Translations under genes and position numbers: made by a program
Source: Eledone cirrhosa
Taxonomy: Eukaryota
Assembly: GCA_964016885.1 (NCBI GenBank)
Contig: OZ024740.1
Coordinates: 212,722,001-212,786,000 of the forward strand
Direction: 5' to 3'
DNA: 64,000 bases
In this document: positions 62,711 through 64,000 of the stretch, in pieces
Layout of the letters: each line of letters opens with the position of its first letter
How positions within the stretch are numbered: position 1 is the stretch's first letter
The notes under the pieces: model-generated
The model's input: only the letters and a program-made list of their open reading frames with translations
What the model was told of the DNA's origin: nothing
The model's database searches: none

Positions 62711-63850
62711 ATATTTTAATTGCTTCGAAACCTTCTCTAGTTTTCCTAATGTTCGTGCGTGCTAGGTGTGATGCGAGGTTAGGTGTGGTCGAATGGGATA
62801 ATTTAATCACGTTTTTGTTAATTATGTTGCGATATCTATTGCCTGGTGGGAAGTTTTTTTCTAATAATGAAAAGAATACTCTGGGGAGGTTAGTGCGGAC
62901 CTCAGAGTTAAAAGGTGGGTTAAAATACATGTTTTTCCTTCTTCTACTTTTCTTATCTATGGGGTGAGTCTCGTTACTGTGCATACTATTTTGTAGGGTT
63001 CCGTTATTAACGTTAGTGGCGTTGTCTGTTTTGCTTACGCCCGGATGGTTTATATTCATGGCGTGATCATTTGCTGTTTTAGAGTTGTGGTGAGGGACTC
63101 TAGTATTGTCTCTACGTGGTTTACATTTAGCTGGGTTAGCGCCATTAGGGTTCTTACTATTATTCTTGCCTCTAAGTTGGTTAGGCTTTGTGGCCATACT
63201 ATGTGTGATTATGTTGGTAGGTTTCACACTCATGGTTTGGGAGTCCTTATGTATATATGATAATCTATTCCCGTAACCAGATTCTGCTAGGGCCTTGTCA
63301 TAATACTCTGCATTTGAGTTGAAGATACTCTCATTACAGGACAGTCTGCTAATTCTATTAGAGACCCCCTTGGGAATAGCGTTTAGGACTGATTTGGGGT
63401 GGTTGGAGCTGGCGTTTACATATGTTAGTCTATCATTAGGTTTATGGTAGGGTGCAAATGTTTTAGTTTCTAGGTCAAGGGTGGCGTCTAGGAAGTTTAC
63501 TGTTTTGTCATTTGCATCTATGGTAATACTTAGATTAAAGCTTTTAAAGAACCTACGTAACTGTTTCCTAGTTCTTTCTATATTACACTTTTTATACTCG
63601 AGAGTGAGGAGGGCGAAATCACGATATAAGCCGCCCTTCAAGTGCGGTAATGTCTCATGTAACTCCTTTAAGGGGTACAATCCTACTAGGTCCGTTACTT
63701 GTGCAGAGTCACTAGATCCCATTGTGATGTGGAAGTTATTGGGCGTATTCTTGAGGGTCCACAATTCGTCCTCAAATGTGATTATCGTTTTCCGGGCCGC
63801 AAGAATGACATCAATTTGAGACCTAGTGAGGTCACTTTTCTGCATGGCCA
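62709..63850 (-). pseudogene. PLE RT fragment with mutated catalytic motif (YRDF)
   Basis: MGSSDSAQVTDLVG, YRDF, NFLDATL, YFNPPF; lacks the GIY-YIG domain. Confidence 0.85.
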
Positions 63851-64000
63851 TGATTCTTTTTTTTTTATTATTTATATATATATATTTTTTTATCTTTATT
63901 CTTATTTTCACTTTTATCCTCCTTTATATTTTACCTTATTCTTACTTTTATACCTTATTATAGTGTAATCTTCCCCATGCCTTATTATACATTATTAATT

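Overview
AT-rich eukaryotic DNA, intergenic or intronic, with no recognisable host gene. The repeat style resembles cephalopod (Octopus-like) genomes; this is an inference. About a quarter of the window is (TA)n/(TACA)n/(GA)n microsatellite, which explains the spurious YIYIYI ORFs. The rest is nested mobile DNA: a DD37D (maT) Tc1/mariner, RTE-like LINEs, an RLE-type LINE tail, a Gypsy element, a non-coding LTR element inside a Helentron-like element, SINEs, a SINE-derived 48-bp minisatellite and many Penelope-like elements (PLEs, RT plus GIY-YIG), one with a near-complete ORF. The main hidden signal is RNA structure. By eye I find nine type I hammerhead ribozyme (HHR) motifs with intact CUGANGA/GAAA/NUH cores and several degenerate or half motifs. 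Some lie in PLE pseudo-LTRs. Others lie in unrelated non-coding, terminally redundant 0.4-1 kb units inserted in (TA)n, which look retrozyme-like or like non-autonomous PLEs. Fold-back palindromes recur, some centred on HHR stem II. All folds are manual and ribozyme activity is untested. Element boundaries are approximate.
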